DNA of 64,000 bases from an uncultured Gemmatimonadales bacterium (GCA_963809895.1 CAWELD010000003.1:2016001-2080000); one strand, 5' to 3'; shown: positions 1 to 9,195, counted from the first letter of the stretch. Numbers and translations: made by a program. Notes: generated by a model from the sequence alone, not told the origin.

Positions 1-244
1 GCGTCAGCGCGCCGATCTCCAGCCCGTCGTCGGTTTCACGCACGCCCCGGAGCTCGTCCAGAGCCCCCACGTCCACCACCGCCCGGGGCCGCTTGATGCG
101 GTCCTTGAACCAGTCCATGGAGTCCAGCCCGCCGGCCAGCACCCAGGCTCGCTCCCCGTGCTCGGCGAGCAGGTCCAGCGCCGCCTCCACCGAGGCGGGC
201 TGGAAGAGATCGAAGGCCGGGATCATGTCGCGAATGGTCGCCAT
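1..244 (-). CDS. Xanthine dehydrogenase family FAD-binding (medium) subunit, 5' part only (runs off window)
   Basis: Manual translation from ATG at 244: MATIRDMIPAFDLFQPASVEAALDLLAEHGERAWVLAGGLDSMDWFKDRIKRP...LEIGALT, with AGG/GA FAD-binding motifs; directly downstream of the Mo subunit. Confidence 0.85.
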   Translation of the reverse strand, partial: MATIRDMIPAFDLFQPASVEAALDLLAEHGERAWVLAGGLDSMDWFKDRIKRPRAVVDVGALDELRGVRETDDGLEIGALT

Positions 245-252
245 GGCTCCTC

Positions 253-2652
253 CTAGCCTACGTGGGGGGTGAGAGGATGGAAGGGCAGCGGGACGCCCTC
301 CAGCTCGGCCAGGATCATGTCCGGCGTCAGGGGGGTGCGGCACAGGTAGCGGCCGCCCATGGCGTCGGCGACGGCGCAGCCCACGGCGGCGGCTCCGGCG
401 CCCACCGGCGGCTCGCCGATCCCCTTGGCGCCCACCGGCGTGTAGGGATCGGGCTCGTTCACCGCCGCCCAGGACACGTCCAGGGGCACGTCGAGGATGC
501 CCGGCGGACGCGCCGTGTAGAGGCGGTTGGCGAAGGGCACGCCCCACTTGGGATCGAAGACCCAGCGCTGGGTCATGGCCATGCCCATGCCCTGGATGCT
601 CCCGCCCAGGACCTGCGCGCCCAGGCTCCTCGGATGCACCACGGTGCCGCAGTCGGTGACCCCGGTGTACTCGACGATGTCGACCACGCCCGTCTCCACG
701 TCGAGCTCGACCCGAGCGAAACCTACCACCCAGGTGTAGACCGCGCCCTCGCCCCCGTACTCGTCGCGGGCCACGCCCATGAGGCCCTGCCCGGCCAGCC
801 CACTCGCCGCGGCCACCGTGACCTCGTGGATGGACTCGGGGAGCTCGTGGCCGTCGTAGCGTCCGCCCAGGGCGATGGCCCGCTCCGCCACCTGGCCCAG
901 GGTCATGCCCGTGGCCGGGCTGCCGCGGCGGAAGACCCGACCATCCTCGAGCACGTAGGCGTCGGGGCTGCCGCCCAGGGTGCGGGCGGCGATCTCCTGC
1001 ACCTTCCGGCGGGCGTCCTCGCCGGCGGCGTGGTTGGCCCGGGTGTGGGCGTGGGTCGTCTGGCTGCCGGCCTGCACCGAGCTCCAGGGCAGGCCCTTGC
1101 TGGTGTCCCCCCAGACCACCTCCACGTCGCTCCACGGTACGCCCAGCACGTCGGCGGCGGCGCGGGCGGTGTCGGCGATGGAGTGGGTGCCCAGGTTGCC
1201 GATGCCCTGGTGCACCTGGAGCGTGCCGTCGGGCCGGATGATCAGCAGGCCGTCGTAGCCCCGGGAGCCCGCGGTGAAGGGGGACAGGCCGATGCCCACG
1301 CCGGTGACTCGCGTGCCGTTCCGCTGGCCGGAGAGCGCCTTCTTCTCCTCCCAGCCGAACAGCTCGGCGCCGAGCTGCAACGCCTCTTTGGCGCGCACGC
1401 TGGTGAGGGGGTTCAGGCGGGCGCCGAAGCGCGCATCTGGACCCGGGGCGTTGCGCAGGCGGATCGCCAGGCGGTCCATGTCGAGCTCCCGCGCCGCCTT
1501 GTCGACGATGGGCTCCAGCATGGAGATGATCTGCGCGCCGCCGGGGCCGCGCTGCGCCGAGCGGGGAGGCGTGTTGGTGAACACCGACACGCCACGGAAG
1601 CGCATGGCCTCGGGCTGATACGCCAGGTGGGCCACGTCGCCGGCGGTGAAGATGTCGCCCTGCGAGCCGTAGGAGCCGTTGTCCTGCACCAGGTAGAGGT
1701 CCAGCGCCGTCATGCGCCCGTCCGCCCGGAGTCCCATGCGCACCCAGCCCTGGAATCCCGCCCGGGCCCGGCCGATGTAGTTCTCCTCGTAGCGGGTGAT
1801 CCGCATCATCACCGGTCGGCCGATCTTCCGCGACAGGAGCGGAGGCACCTGCATGATGGGGCTGCCGGAGATCTTGCTGCCGAAGCCGCCGCCACAGAAC
1901 TCGGCGATCATGACCACGTCGTCGAGGTCCAGGTCCAGCGACCGGGCCAGCGACACGCGCGTGCGGGCCGTGCTCTGTGTGGAGGTGTGGATGAAGAGCT
2001 TGCCGTTCTGCCAGTAGGCGAGTGTGGTACGGGGCTCCATGGGGTGATGGGTCAGCGACTGGTGGAGGATGCTCTCCTCCACGATGACGTCGGCGGCAGC
2101 GAAGCCGGCCTCGACGTCGCCGTGCGCCCACTCCAGCGTCGGCTCGCCCCGGGGCAGCGTGCCCTCGGGCACCGCGTCGAAGTCCGCGGCGGTCCACTTG
2201 TGGGTCTGGAGCTCGCGATCGGCGTAGACGTTGCCCTGCGTGCGCGCGTTCGGGCCCCCGGGGCGGAGGCTCTGGAGCGGGTCCAGCACGAAGGGCAGCG
2301 GCTCCAGGTCGACGCGGATGCGCTCCACCGCGTCGGCGGCCGTGGTCTCGTCCACAGCGGCCACCGCCAAAATGGGCTCTCCCTGGTAGACGGGCTCCGA
2401 GGTGAGGCAGGGCTCGCCGGGTGCCTCCACCGCAGGCACCTCGTCGGCGGTGAGGATGCCGAGCACGCCGGGCATGGCCAGGGCCTCGTCGGCATCGATG
2501 CTCCGCACGCGGGCGTGGGGCATGGGGCTCAGGAGGAGCTTGGCGAAGGCCATGCCCTCGGCCCGGAAGTCCTCCGAATAGCGGGCCCGTCCGGTGATCT
2601 TGGCCACCAGGTCCGGCGGTGCGATGTCCTGCCCGATGAGCTTGTCGGCCAT
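253..2652 (-). CDS. Xanthine dehydrogenase/aldehyde oxidoreductase family molybdopterin-binding (large) subunit
   Basis: KITGRARY N-terminus, GGGFGSK, QRGPG, AGSQTT and KGIGEPP (catalytic Glu) motifs; 799 aa. Confidence 0.93.
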   Translation of the reverse strand: MADKLIGQDIAPPDLVAKITGRARYSEDFRAEGMAFAKLLLSPMPHARVRSIDADEALAMPGVLGILTADEVPAVEAPGEPCLTSEPVYQGEPILAVAAVDETTAADAVERIRVDLEPLPFVLDPLQSLRPGGPNARTQGNVYADRELQTHKWTAADFDAVPEGTLPRGEPTLEWAHGDVEAGFAAADVIVEESILHQSLTHHPMEPRTTLAYWQNGKLFIHTSTQSTARTRVSLARSLDLDLDDVVMIAEFCGGGFGSKISGSPIMQVPPLLSRKIGRPVMMRITRYEENYIGRARAGFQGWVRMGLRADGRMTALDLYLVQDNGSYGSQGDIFTAGDVAHLAYQPEAMRFRGVSVFTNTPPRSAQRGPGGAQIISMLEPIVDKAARELDMDRLAIRLRNAPGPDARFGARLNPLTSVRAKEALQLGAELFGWEEKKALSGQRNGTRVTGVGIGLSPFTAGSRGYDGLLIIRPDGTLQVHQGIGNLGTHSIADTARAAADVLGVPWSDVEVVWGDTSKGLPWSSVQAGSQTTHAHTRANHAAGEDARRKVQEIAARTLGGSPDAYVLEDGRVFRRGSPATGMTLGQVAERAIALGGRYDGHELPESIHEVTVAAASGLAGQGLMGVARDEYGGEGAVYTWVVGFARVELDVETGVVDIVEYTGVTDCGTVVHPRSLGAQVLGGSIQGMGMAMTQRWVFDPKWGVPFANRLYTARPPGILDVPLDVSWAAVNEPDPYTPVGAKGIGEPPVGAGAAAVGCAVADAMGGRYLCRTPLTPDMILAELEGVPLPFHPLTPHVG

Positions 2653-2671
2653 GGCGCGTGCTCCCGCCCCC

Positions 2672-3313
2672 TCAGGCCCGGGCGCGGGCCAGCTCGGCCG
2701 CGCGCTCGACGCATCGGAGGATCTTGTTGTAGTCGGCGCAGCGGCAGAGGTTGCCGGACAGCGCCCGGGCTGCCTCGTCGCGGGTGGGGTCGGGATTCGA
2801 CGCCACCAGCGCGGTCATGCTCATGATGAAGCCGGGCGCGCAGAAGGCACACTGGAAGCCACCCTCGTCGAGCACGGCCTGCTGAACCGGATGCAGGCGG
2901 CCCGTGTCGGGATCCTCGAGCCCTTCGATGGTGGTGACGGAGCGCCCGCGCACCTGATGCGTCAGGGTCGAGCAGCTGTAGTGGGGCACGCCGTCCAGGA
3001 GCACCGTGCAGGCGCCGCACTCGGCCCGGTCACAGCCCAGCTTGGTGCCGGTGAGCCCCAGCTTGTAGCGGAGCGTCATGGCCAGCGTCTCCTGCGGGAG
3101 CACGTCGACCCGCCGCTGCTGACCGTTGACGGTGAGGGTGACGAGCCGCTCGGCCGTGCCCTGGGCCGCCGTGAGCGCCAGCAGGCCTCCGGAGGATCCC
3201 CGGAAGAGATAGCCCACCGAGGACACGCTGGCCCCGGCGGCGATGACGCCCTTGATGAAGGTGCGCCGGGAGACCTGCCGCTCCAGAACGCCCTGGATCT
3301 CCGCCTCGTCCAT
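2672..3313 (-). CDS. (2Fe-2S)-binding small subunit with twin-arginine (Tat) leader
   Basis: GTKLGCDRAECGAC..C and QCAFC...NLCRC clusters; SRRTFIK twin-Arg motif; start trimmed to MDEAEIQ. Confidence 0.9.
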   Translation of the reverse strand: MDEAEIQGVLERQVSRRTFIKGVIAAGASVSSVGYLFRGSSGGLLALTAAQGTAERLVTLTVNGQQRRVDVLPQETLAMTLRYKLGLTGTKLGCDRAECGACTVLLDGVPHYSCSTLTHQVRGRSVTTIEGLEDPDTGRLHPVQQAVLDEGGFQCAFCAPGFIMSMTALVASNPDPTRDEAARALSGNLCRCADYNKILRCVERAAELARARA

Positions 3314-3594
3314 ACAGCGCGACCTCCGCTTCGAAGTGGGTGCCGGCGGGCAAGATAGGATGCGGTGGGCACGGGCGCGAGCGAGGTGGTGCGCCATGAT
3401 GGGGAAAAGTCCCACAGGAGACTCAGGCCGCCCCCCACATCGGATTACACCCGCGCCGTACGAAGATCTACGTGCTCTTCCGGGGTGCACTGGGTACACG
3501 GCCCGAACCGTGTGCAGCCCTCCGCACATCGGTGACGGCTCCACTGGATCCGTGCACCGCTCGTGTGAACCGCAGCCTGGAGGAAAAATTGAGG

Positions 3595-4686
3595 ATGCGC
3601 ACGCCCCTCTTGTTGGGGGTGACGACGCTGGCGTTCCTGTTGGTGGGATGCGAAGGTCCCGCCGGACCTGAAGGGCCGGAAGGCCCGCAAGGTCAGGTTG
3701 GTCCCACCGGCCCGCAGGGTCCTGCTGGCCCTGCTGGACAGAACGCGAACGAGGACTGCACCCAATGCCACTCGGACGATACCGACATCTTCGCCCGGCA
3801 GGTGCAGTACCAGAGCTCGACGCACTTCACTGGAGGTAACTTCGAGAGAAGCACCACCGATTGCGCCCCGTGCCACACGCACGAGGGCTTCGTGGAGCGC
3901 CTGGCGACGGGAGCCCAGGTCACCGCGGCGGACATCGAAAATCCGTCGCCGGTAAATTGCCGGACCTGTCACCAGATCCACACCACGTACACGGACGCGG
4001 ATTTCGCGCTCACCACCACAGCGCCCGTGCAGCTCTGGGCCGGCGGTGAGGTGAATTTCGGGGATGGCAACCTGTGCGCCCAGTGCCACCAGGGCCGTCC
4101 CCTGGATGCTGCCGAGATGCCGACGATCGGCGGAGCCGACGTGACCTTCACGTCATCCCGCTACGGCTACCACCACGGGCCTCAGGCCCAGATCATGGGT
4201 GGACTCGGTGCGTTCGAGTTCTCCGGTCCCGCCACCATCTCCGGCGGGCCTCACTTCCACGGTGGCGCCAGCGTCGGCTGCAACACCTGCCACATGGCGC
4301 AGCCCTTCGGTGCTCAGGCCGGAGGCCACACGTGGAACATGTCGTACGAGTATCACGGCAACGAAGTCGACAACGTCGCCGGCTGCATGACCTCCGGCTG
4401 CCACTCCAACGTGGATGACTTCGGCCTGTACGGTGTGCAGGACGAGGTGGCCAGCATGATGGACGAGCTGCGCGGCCTCCTGCGGACCATCGGCATCGTG
4501 GAGCCCGACAGCGACAGCCGCGTGCCCGGCACGTGGCCCGCCGACGTCGCGGCCGCCGCGATCAACTTCCAGATGGTCCTGGAAGACCGGAGCATGGGGA
4601 TCCACAACCCCACGTACGTGAAGGCGCTCCTCCAGAACACCATCGCCAAGATGCAGCCCCTGGCTGCCGCCGCGGCCGCTCAGTAG
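3595..4686 (+). CDS. Multiheme c-type cytochrome lipoprotein with N-terminal collagen-like (G-X-Y) repeat
   Basis: Lipobox LLVG-C; GPAGPEGPEGPQGQVGPTGPQGPAGPAGQ; five CxxCH (CTQCH, CAPCH, CRTCH, CAQCH, CNTCH) plus CMTSGCH (CX4CH). Confidence 0.9.
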   Translation: MRTPLLLGVTTLAFLLVGCEGPAGPEGPEGPQGQVGPTGPQGPAGPAGQNANEDCTQCHSDDTDIFARQVQYQSSTHFTGGNFERSTTDCAPCHTHEGFVERLATGAQVTAADIENPSPVNCRTCHQIHTTYTDADFALTTTAPVQLWAGGEVNFGDGNLCAQCHQGRPLDAAEMPTIGGADVTFTSSRYGYHHGPQAQIMGGLGAFEFSGPATISGGPHFHGGASVGCNTCHMAQPFGAQAGGHTWNMSYEYHGNEVDNVAGCMTSGCHSNVDDFGLYGVQDEVASMMDELRGLLRTIGIVEPDSDSRVPGTWPADVAAAAINFQMVLEDRSMGIHNPTYVKALLQNTIAKMQPLAAAAAAQ

Positions 4687-4770
4687 CGCGTCGCGGGACG
4701 AATCCCTCGAACCCGCCCGTCTCCGGCTGCCTAGCGCGCCGGAGGCGGGCGGCCCTCCCGGAGAATCCCC

Positions 4771-5256
4771 ATGTCCCGAGCCCCTGCGCTGCTCACCCTC
4801 CTCCTGGGCCTCGCCGCCTGCGCCAACGGACCCGTCACCGAGCTCCGCCCCGGCGACAAGGCACAGATCGAGGAGGTGGTGCAGGCGGCAGCCGAGCAGT
4901 GGTCGCTGGACCTCAACGGCCACGACGTCGACGCGCTGCTCGGACACTATCTGCAGACCGAGGACTTCGTCTACGTGGGCATCACCGAGGTCGCGCCCGG
5001 ATTCGACGCGTACGAAGCCCGGGCCCGCACCTGGAACCAGGTCAAGCCCGACGTGACGTTCCAGCACGAGATCATGAACGTGCGCGCCCTGGATCACACC
5101 ACGGCCACCGTGGTCACCCGAGGCACGTCGTCCGAGGGTGAGACCGTCACCTGGAGCCAGGTGTGGACGCTGGGCGAGGACGGCGTCTGGCGCATCGCGC
5201 TGGAGCACGAGTCCTGGCCCCAGTGCGTGGAGCCGGCGGGGACGCATCCGGGGTAG
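4771..5256 (+). CDS. NTF2/SnoaL-like (DUF4440-type) lipoprotein
   Basis: Lipobox LAA-C; C-terminal W..EDGVWRIALEHES typical of the NTF2-like fold. Confidence 0.75.
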   Translation: MSRAPALLTLLLGLAACANGPVTELRPGDKAQIEEVVQAAAEQWSLDLNGHDVDALLGHYLQTEDFVYVGITEVAPGFDAYEARARTWNQVKPDVTFQHEIMNVRALDHTTATVVTRGTSSEGETVTWSQVWTLGEDGVWRIALEHESWPQCVEPAGTHPG

Positions 5257-5278
5257 GGGCGGGGTCGCGTCCTCCTCC

Positions 5279-5359
5279 GCGCACGAAACCTACTTTATGG
5301 CGTGCACGAATGTTGTCTTTCGATGTGCACAAATGCTATCTTTGGCCGTGCACAAGTGC
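5279..5359. repeat. Tandem array of 23-bp period, core G(T/C)GCAC(G/A)A
   Basis: Units start at 5279 (gcgcacgaaacctactttatggc), 5302 (gtgcacgaatgttgtctttcgat), 5325 (gtgcacaaatgctatctttggcc) and 5348 (gtgcacaagtgc, partial); AT-rich relative to the flanks. Confidence 0.85.
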
Positions 5360-5404
5360 AGGCGATGACGGATGACCTGGACTCTGCCACGTGCTGGAGA
5401 GGCG

Positions 5405-6677
5405 ATGCTCTACATCGACCGAATCGTCGACAGCGTCCTCGACGAACTACAGGCGGCTCTGCCAGCGATCTCTCTGGAGGGTCCCAAGGCCGTCGGCAAG
5501 ACCCGAACCGCGCTGAGGCGGGCAAAAACGACCTACCGGCTCGACGACCCGGCACAGCGCGAAATCGTAGCGGCCGACCCCGCGCGACTCGTTCAGGGGG
5601 AGCCTCCGATCCTCATCGACGAGTGGCAGCGCGTGCCGGAATCCTGGGACATCGTACGACGAGCCGTCGACGATGATCCGAAGGCCGGTCGCTTCCTTCT
5701 GACGGGATCGGCCACACCCAGCCCGGGACCCACGCACTCGGGAGCGGGGCGGATCGTCACGGTACGAATGCGACCTCTCACCCTGGCGGAGCGGGGTGTC
5801 GAGACTCCCGTCGTGAGCTTGCGGCAACTGCTCGGAGGTGGGAGGCCCGATATCCAGGGGCGGACCAGCGCGACCTTGTCCGACTACACGGCCGAGATCA
5901 TCTCCTCGGGCTTTCCCGATGTTCGCCCGCTCACCGGCCGTCCCCTCCGAGAGCAACTCGGCAGCTATCTTCAGCGAATTGTAGACGTCGACTTCGAGGA
6001 GGCCGGCCGGTCGGTTCGGGAAGCCGGGGACGCTCCGACGTTGGATGACCGCATTCGCTGCGGCTACAGCGACATCCGCCTCCTACGAGTCCATTCGAGA
6101 TGCGGCCACCGGGGGCGAAGGAGACAAGCCGTCCTACAGCGCGACAAGGCCGTATCGCGAGACGCTGGAACGTCTCTGGATCGTCGACGAAGTGCCCGCG
6201 TGGATCCCGTCCAGAAACGACCTATCGCAACTCACACAGAAGCCCAAGCATCACCTCGCCGATCCAGCTCTCGCGGCGCGGCTCCTCGGCGTCGATGCCG
6301 GGGCGCTCCTGGAGGGTACTGAGCCCATTCCAGACATCCCGCGGGACGGGACGCTTCTCGGACACCTCTTCGAATCCCTCGTGACGCAGTCCGTTCGCGT
6401 CTACGCAGAGGCAGCCGAAGCGAGTCTGGGACATCTCAGGACCCGTGGCGGTCGGCATGAGATCGACTTGATCGTGCAGCGTGCCGACAGCCGGATCGTC
6501 GCCATCGAAGTCAAGCTGGGTCGTACCGTCCAGGACGACGATGTCGAGCATCTGCTCTGGCTCAAGAGGCAGGTGGGACGGGATCTGCTCGACGCCCTCG
6601 TCGTGACCACCGGTGTCGAGGCGTATCGGCGGAAAGACGGCATCGGTGTGGTGCCGGCGGCGTTGCTCGGCCCGTGA
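5405..6677 (+). pseudogene. AAA_14 ATPase + DUF4143 protein with C-terminal PD-(D/E)xK-like domain; one +1 frameshift at ~6018-6020 (real or sequencing error)
   Basis: Walker A GPKAVGKT, Walker B LIDEWQ, LLTGSA; second frame has PKHHLADPAL, LFESLV, EIDLIV..IVAIEVK; removing one G of cggg restores VRKPGTLRRWMTAF. Confidence 0.85.
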
Positions 6678-6684
6678 CAGCCCC

Positions 6685-6746
6685 TCCTTGCGCCAAATCT
6701 CAATGAGCCGGGTGGGGGTCGAACCCACGACCTACGGATTGAAAGT
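6685..6746 (-). repeat. att-like direct repeat: copy of the tRNA-Lys 3' part plus 19 bp downstream
   Basis: 6685-6746 matches 9104-9165 at 60 of 62 positions. Confidence 0.92.
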
Positions 6747-6930
6747 GCGACCCAGGCTCTTGTGCGCCGTTCGTTCTTGGTGTGCTACGCATTGTGGCAT
6801 AGGGTCTTACGCCAGACCGGTCTTGAGCGAAGTTGTGGCTCGTTGGTGGCGGTTCTGGCGCATCATGCACGACGCGTGCACGAGTCGGTCCTGGGCGGAA
6901 GCACCCCGAGGGAGCCAGCCGAGCCATCCG

Positions 6931-8598
6931 CTAGGACCCAATCTCCACTGTCCACTCCACGAGCTTCAGTTCCCCGCTCGTCAAGGCCGGAACATCAAAC
7001 GAGTCCCTCCCTTCGACAGATTCCACCCACACGCGGACCGGTAGGAATGGCCGAACGTGACAGAGTACGAAGACCCCGTCCTCCGAAATCTCCGATGAAT
7101 ACCCCTCTTCAAGTCTCGTCGCCTCCGGGTGTCGCACGCTCTGCGGGCGGCTGAGAATCGCATTCGCTCCAATCGCACCACCGGATAGCGGGCGCCCATC
7201 TTCCCTGTCATACACGACGCCGACGATCGCGGCCACGCCAGGGTCGAGGTCACCGCAAGAGCTTCGAACCACCGAAGCCAGCGAAGCGAGCACCAACTCT
7301 ATCGACGTGTTGGTGCCGGGCGAAACGCCTACCGTCACGCCTGACGCCCCTCCCATCGGGTCCAACCAAGCCAGCGGGTGCTCGACCGACACCTGGTATC
7401 CTCCTGCTTTGATGCCGGTGAGACGGAAATGGCCCTCAGAGTCTGTGTTGCCGACAATGCCGCCAGGGTCGAGCCGCACCCGTGTTGAGACAGCATCGCC
7501 AGTCGCCGATCGGACAATCCCCTCCACCGTCCCTGTGCCCGACAAGGGAAACTCCATCGCCGGAGGAACCGATGTCACATTCGTAGCCTCACCGCCAATC
7601 CGAGTGAGTCCCACGACCGTTCGCCGGCCAACTCTCACGTCCAGGCCCATATTCGGTAGGCGGAGTTCCCAGGATCTCACATATCCGTAACCCTCCGGCA
7701 GGACGTCAAAGACGATCCTACCTCCGACATTGTCACCCTTCTCGACCCCCGCCACACGTGTATACTGGAATTCAACTTCGTCGAGCGCCGACGCCCCCGT
7801 CTTGAACCACAAGGTACCCTCAATGTCGGGCACGACTCGGCCCATCACTGGCTCGAAGGCTAGGCCTAGGCGCGACCCGTTCCGGACGGGCCGGAAACAG
7901 TGATCATCCACGAATTCATCAGACAGGAGTACTTGTAGGTCCGGCCCGTACCACACGACCTGATCCCCCTCTTCCCGCACGTAGCCCTCCTCCTTCAAGC
8001 GCGCTGCTGGTAGACTCCGAAAGGGATGTTCCGCGACTCCGCGACGGACTGACGACGTGACCGGTGATGTCCCGCCCGGACCTTCATCTTCTTGCAGTCG
8101 ATACGTGCGGCTGGTGAACGTCACACGTTGCTCCTGCGCCGCAAGACTCGTCGCTTCAAGCGCTTTTTGAGCCTCGGCCCACAGGTCAACGGCGGCGCTG
8201 CCGGTTTGGTCGGCATCCAGATGTTCACAACGTGAATCAACGCTGACCGCAAGGCCTTCAAGCCTCACCGCCGCTGCCCGGAGTCGGATATCGACTCGCG
8301 TCACCTCTTCCTCCGAAAGCTCTCTCCATTCCGTCGTATCTGTCGCCAAGCCAATGTGCTGGGCTAGGACGCGCCATCTGCCGCTACTCGGTAGCCGCAG
8401 CACAAAACTGCCGTCAGGATGGGTAAGCGTCCGCAGAACTCTTCCACTCGATGACTCCGCCTGTACCACCGCCACAGCGACAGGTTGGCTGGAGCCAAGT
8501 TCTGAAACGGTACCGACAATGACCTGTCCTCTCACCGTGGTTGGCGAAACGAGAGCCCCCATGAAGAAACCCAGACCAGCGAGCCGGAACTGACGCAT
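6931..8598 (-). CDS. Secreted carboxypeptidase-regulatory-like (CarboxypepD_reg) repeat protein
   Basis: Signal peptide; repeated G.V...G.P....V....T..DG.F.L..L..G.Y modules; central 'LLSDEFVDDHCF' region. Confidence 0.75.
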   Translation of the reverse strand: MRQFRLAGLGFFMGALVSPTTVRGQVIVGTVSELGSSQPVAVAVVQAESSSGRVLRTLTHPDGSFVLRLPSSGRWRVLAQHIGLATDTTEWRELSEEEVTRVDIRLRAAAVRLEGLAVSVDSRCEHLDADQTGSAAVDLWAEAQKALEATSLAAQEQRVTFTSRTYRLQEDEGPGGTSPVTSSVRRGVAEHPFRSLPAARLKEEGYVREEGDQVVWYGPDLQVLLSDEFVDDHCFRPVRNGSRLGLAFEPVMGRVVPDIEGTLWFKTGASALDEVEFQYTRVAGVEKGDNVGGRIVFDVLPEGYGYVRSWELRLPNMGLDVRVGRRTVVGLTRIGGEATNVTSVPPAMEFPLSGTGTVEGIVRSATGDAVSTRVRLDPGGIVGNTDSEGHFRLTGIKAGGYQVSVEHPLAWLDPMGGASGVTVGVSPGTNTSIELVLASLASVVRSSCGDLDPGVAAIVGVVYDREDGRPLSGGAIGANAILSRPQSVRHPEATRLEEGYSSEISEDGVFVLCHVRPFLPVRVWVESVEGRDSFDVPALTSGELKLVEWTVEIGS

Positions 8599-8600
8599 GA

Positions 8601-9030
8601 TTACAACCCGAGGTTGCGGTCGTCCTCGCAGAAATCCTCAGAAGCACTGAGCACGTTGACGTGCGGCACGTCATACCCGTTCGAACGTGGTGATCGCGCT
8701 ATGCTCATCTGCCCAAAGCACCCGCCAATCGGTTGGGAGCCAAAACTGCTTCGGTTCTCCCCCTTGGACACGGAGTGCCAGCCAAAGTCGCTCTGCTTCA
8801 ACGAAGCGGTTCGTACCAACTAGCACGCAGGCATCGTCCGTGGCAATCAGGTCCTCAAACGCCGGGTAGCGCGCCGGAACTCGCCGGCGGCGTCGATCAC
8901 CGTGACTCGAGCCGTGGCTTGGTCAGATACCCAGATGCCCGACAACGCAATACCCACCGTCCCGCCCAATTGCCGTCGCCGGGTCTCCCAACCGGGCCCC
9001 CGTGACCCAAGACCTGGCATGAGGGGCACA
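8601..9030 (-). pseudogene. Degraded remnant of an NHL/beta-propeller gene
   Basis: Fragments in different frames: 'GIWVSDQATARVTVIDAAGEFRRA' and '...GYDVPHVNVL'; no intact ORF. Confidence 0.3.
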
Positions 9031-9122
9031 GGCTTCGTGCACGACATCTGCACGATTTGACCGTCATTTCGCCATGTGACCGCAAGCACACCAAACGCGT
9101 AAGTCCTTGCGCCAAATCCCAA

Positions 9123-9195
9123 TGAGCCGGGTGGGGGTCGAACCCACGACCTACGGATTAAAAGTCCGTTGCTCTGCCAGCTGAGCTACCGGCTC
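9123..9195 (-). tRNA. tRNA-Lys (anticodon TTT), CCA not encoded
   Basis: GAGCCGGTAGCTCAGCTGGCAGAGCAACGGACTTTTAATCCGTAGGTCGTGGGTTCGACCCCCACCCGGCTCA: acceptor GAGCCGG/CCGGCTC, TTCGA T-loop, anticodon loop CTTTTAA. Confidence 0.96.

Larger units (their letters stand above)
6685..9165. mobile_element. tRNA-Lys-integrated genomic islet (~2.4 kb) with no integrase
   Basis: Bounded by 62-bp direct repeats; visibly lower GC than the flanks; paired TGCACGAC-N3-TGCACGA sites at 6866-6883 and 9038-9055. Confidence 0.8.

Noticed and set aside
262..2826. Long antisense or alternate-frame ORFs (e.g. 262-2826 +, 26079-29042 +, 29963-31165 +, 57824-60199 -)
   Set aside because: Shadow ORFs caused by high GC3 overlapping well-supported genes; Arg/Gly/His-rich with no motifs
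5279..5359. CRISPR array
   Set aside because: Period of only 23 bp, degenerate repeats, no spacer-sized unique segments and no cas genes in the window
6010..6030. Programmed ribosomal frameshift in the ATPase gene
   Set aside because: No recognisable slippery heptamer; a single extra G in a short G run fits a sequencing indel or simple mutation, as seen elsewhere in the window
6704..6746. Second tRNA gene
   Set aside because: Only the 3' part is present (no D-arm or 5' acceptor strand); it is an att-like duplication
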